The notes under the pieces were generated by a model, which was not told the origin of the DNA, did no database searches, and worked only from the letters and a program-made list of their open reading frames with translations. The position numbers were made by a program, and so were the translations under genes. This document shows, in pieces, positions 62,820 to 64,000 of a stretch of DNA of 64,000 nucleotides (positions within the stretch are counted from its first letter, which is position 1; each line of letters starts with the position of its first letter). The stretch comes from Acutalibacteraceae bacterium (lineage in GTDB: Bacteria > Bacillota > Clostridia > Oscillospirales > Acutalibacteraceae): contig JAZUAC010000062.1 of the NCBI GenBank assembly GCA_045637775.1, positions 2,191-66,190 on the forward strand. The letters run 5' to 3'.

Positions 62820-64000
62820 ATGACGGATACAGTGATAATCGGTGGCGGTGCAGCAGGACTTATGACTGCGGTGAAATTAAAGCAAATCTGCCCCAAATCA
62901 GAGGTAACTGTGCTTGAAAGCAGTGACCGTGTAGGTAAAAAATTGCTGGTTACCGGTAACGGTCGGTGCAATATTTCCAATATCCAATTAAATGCGTCAC
63001 GTTATCACGGCGACAGTGACTTTGCTGAACGCATTATCAACAATTTTGATTTTGATGCTCAAGAATCCTTTTTCAAGGGTTTAGGCGTATTGTTTTGCGA
63101 GTTGGAGGAGGGTAAAGTTTACCCAAAATCATTGCAAGCAGGCTCGGTGGTAGATGCTTTACGTTTTCGCGCCGAGGAATTAGGTGTTAAAATCGTTTTG
63201 AACACTAAAGTGACCGAGGTTAAACGTTTGGCTGATGGTTTTTCGATTTTGGCAGGAGGTAGAGAAACGGTTTGCCGCACTGTTGTCGTAGCAACGGGTG
63301 GTCAGGCAGGCGGAAAGTTAGGCACTGCCGACGGATATACAATTTTAAAATCAATGGGACATAAAATTGAGAAGGTTTTTCCGTCAATTGTACAGATTAA
63401 AACAACACCCGAAATTGTCCGTCAGTTAAAGGGTATTAAGGTTATGGCAAATGTTACCCTTTCGTCGAGTATAGGCACGCGTTGTGAGTTTGGTGAGGTG
63501 TTGTTTTGTGATTATGGGTTGTCAGGTCCACCCGTTTTACAGGTTTCACGCTTTGCAGAGGGTGAGGAAGCGATAGTTTCGCTCGATTTATTGCCTGATA
63601 TGACCGAAATGGAAATTAAATTGGAGATTTTACGTCGTGCAGATGCTTTTGGTAATCGACCTTTGGGTGAACTCTTTATAGGCTTCCTAAATAAGCGTTT
63701 AGGTCAGGTTGTTTTAAAGTCGGCAGGGTTGGATATTAACTCGCTCTGTGGTGAAATAGACGAAAAAGCTGCCGAAAAAATAGCGGTGACACTTAAAAAT
63801 TGGAAATTCAAGGTCATCGGCACAACAGGGTTTGAAAATGCACAGGTTACTGCCGGCGGAGCTCAAACCGCACAGTTTTTTGACAGTTGTATGTCCAAAA
63901 AAGCCAAGGGATTGTTTGCAGTCGGCGAGGTTTTGAATGTTGACGGTGACTGCGGTGGGTTTAACTTGGCATTTTGTTGGGCGTCCGGTTTTGCGGCGGC
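62820..64000 (+). CDS. HI0933/YhiN (BaiN-like) family flavoprotein, second paralog (3' end beyond window)
   Basis: Own translation: MTDTVIIGGGAAGLMTAV...VTGNGRCNISN...LFAVGEVLNVDGDCGGFNLAFCWASG. The frame is open to the window edge, so it is absent from the ORF track. Confidence 0.85.
   Translation, partial: MTDTVIIGGGAAGLMTAVKLKQICPKSEVTVLESSDRVGKKLLVTGNGRCNISNIQLNASRYHGDSDFAERIINNFDFDAQESFFKGLGVLFCELEEGKVYPKSLQAGSVVDALRFRAEELGVKIVLNTKVTEVKRLADGFSILAGGRETVCRTVVVATGGQAGGKLGTADGYTILKSMGHKIEKVFPSIVQIKTTPEIVRQLKGIKVMANVTLSSSIGTRCEFGEVLFCDYGLSGPPVLQVSRFAEGEEAIVSLDLLPDMTEMEIKLEILRRADAFGNRPLGELFIGFLNKRLGQVVLKSAGLDINSLCGEIDEKAAEKIAVTLKNWKFKVIGTTGFENAQVTAGGAQTAQFFDSCMSKKAKGLFAVGEVLNVDGDCGGFNLAFCWASGFAA

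Noticed and set aside
1-64000. CRISPR arrays, tRNA, rRNA, tmRNA, prophage or defence-system genes
   Set aside because: I saw no regularly spaced direct repeats, no tRNA-like T-arm/acceptor patterns and no rRNA-like stretches. No integrase, capsid, restriction-modification or other recognisable defence genes turned up among the translated ORFs.

Overview
The window looks like a chromosomal segment of a mid-GC Firmicute, probably a spore-forming member of the Clostridia. This lineage call is inference from gene content such as an IspH-S1 fusion, a YaaH-like LysM/GH18 protein, a Noc/ParB-like protein, DegV and HisZ. I call about 70 protein genes and found no rRNA, tRNA or CRISPR array by eye. 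Most of the window is housekeeping:
- a complete 10-gene histidine operon, hisZ-G-D-C-B-H-A-F-IE-K (4.4-12.6 kb, minus strand);
- prfC, then the origin-type cluster rpmH-rnpA-yidD-yidC-jag followed by DUF951-prfA-tsaC-coaE (21-27 kb);
- fruK-ptsI and marR-degV;
- a nagA/nagB/DUF4091 amino-sugar locus with a divergent AraC regulator;
- galU-lexA-rnhA, queT, cmk and ispH-rpsA, then rsmG and a ParB/Noc-like gene.

The parts that ordinary genes do not explain are:
1. A dispersed family of GTAG-type hairpin repeats, similar to REP/BIME elements. Nine units are clustered at 16.78-17.15 kb with solo copies elsewhere, and a decayed RayT-like Y1 transposase gene sits at 3.15-3.49 kb.
2. A three-gene ABC exporter cassette at 36.2-41.3 kb. 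Both half-transporters carry extra N-terminal modules with zinc ribbons, and they bracket a DUF1854-like protein.
3. A junkyard between that operon and the nag locus (41.28-42.98 kb). It holds a translationally coupled DUF559 gene, a second hairpin-repeat family arranged like a MITE, an AT-rich 0.9-kb islet bracketed by two identical 27-nt terminator hairpins, and a gene remnant.
4. A highly structured leader with its own intrinsic terminator upstream of two SHOCT membrane-protein genes.
5. A candidate preQ1-I riboswitch upstream of queT.

All calls rest on reading the sequence and the supplied ORF translations. No database search or folding computation was run.
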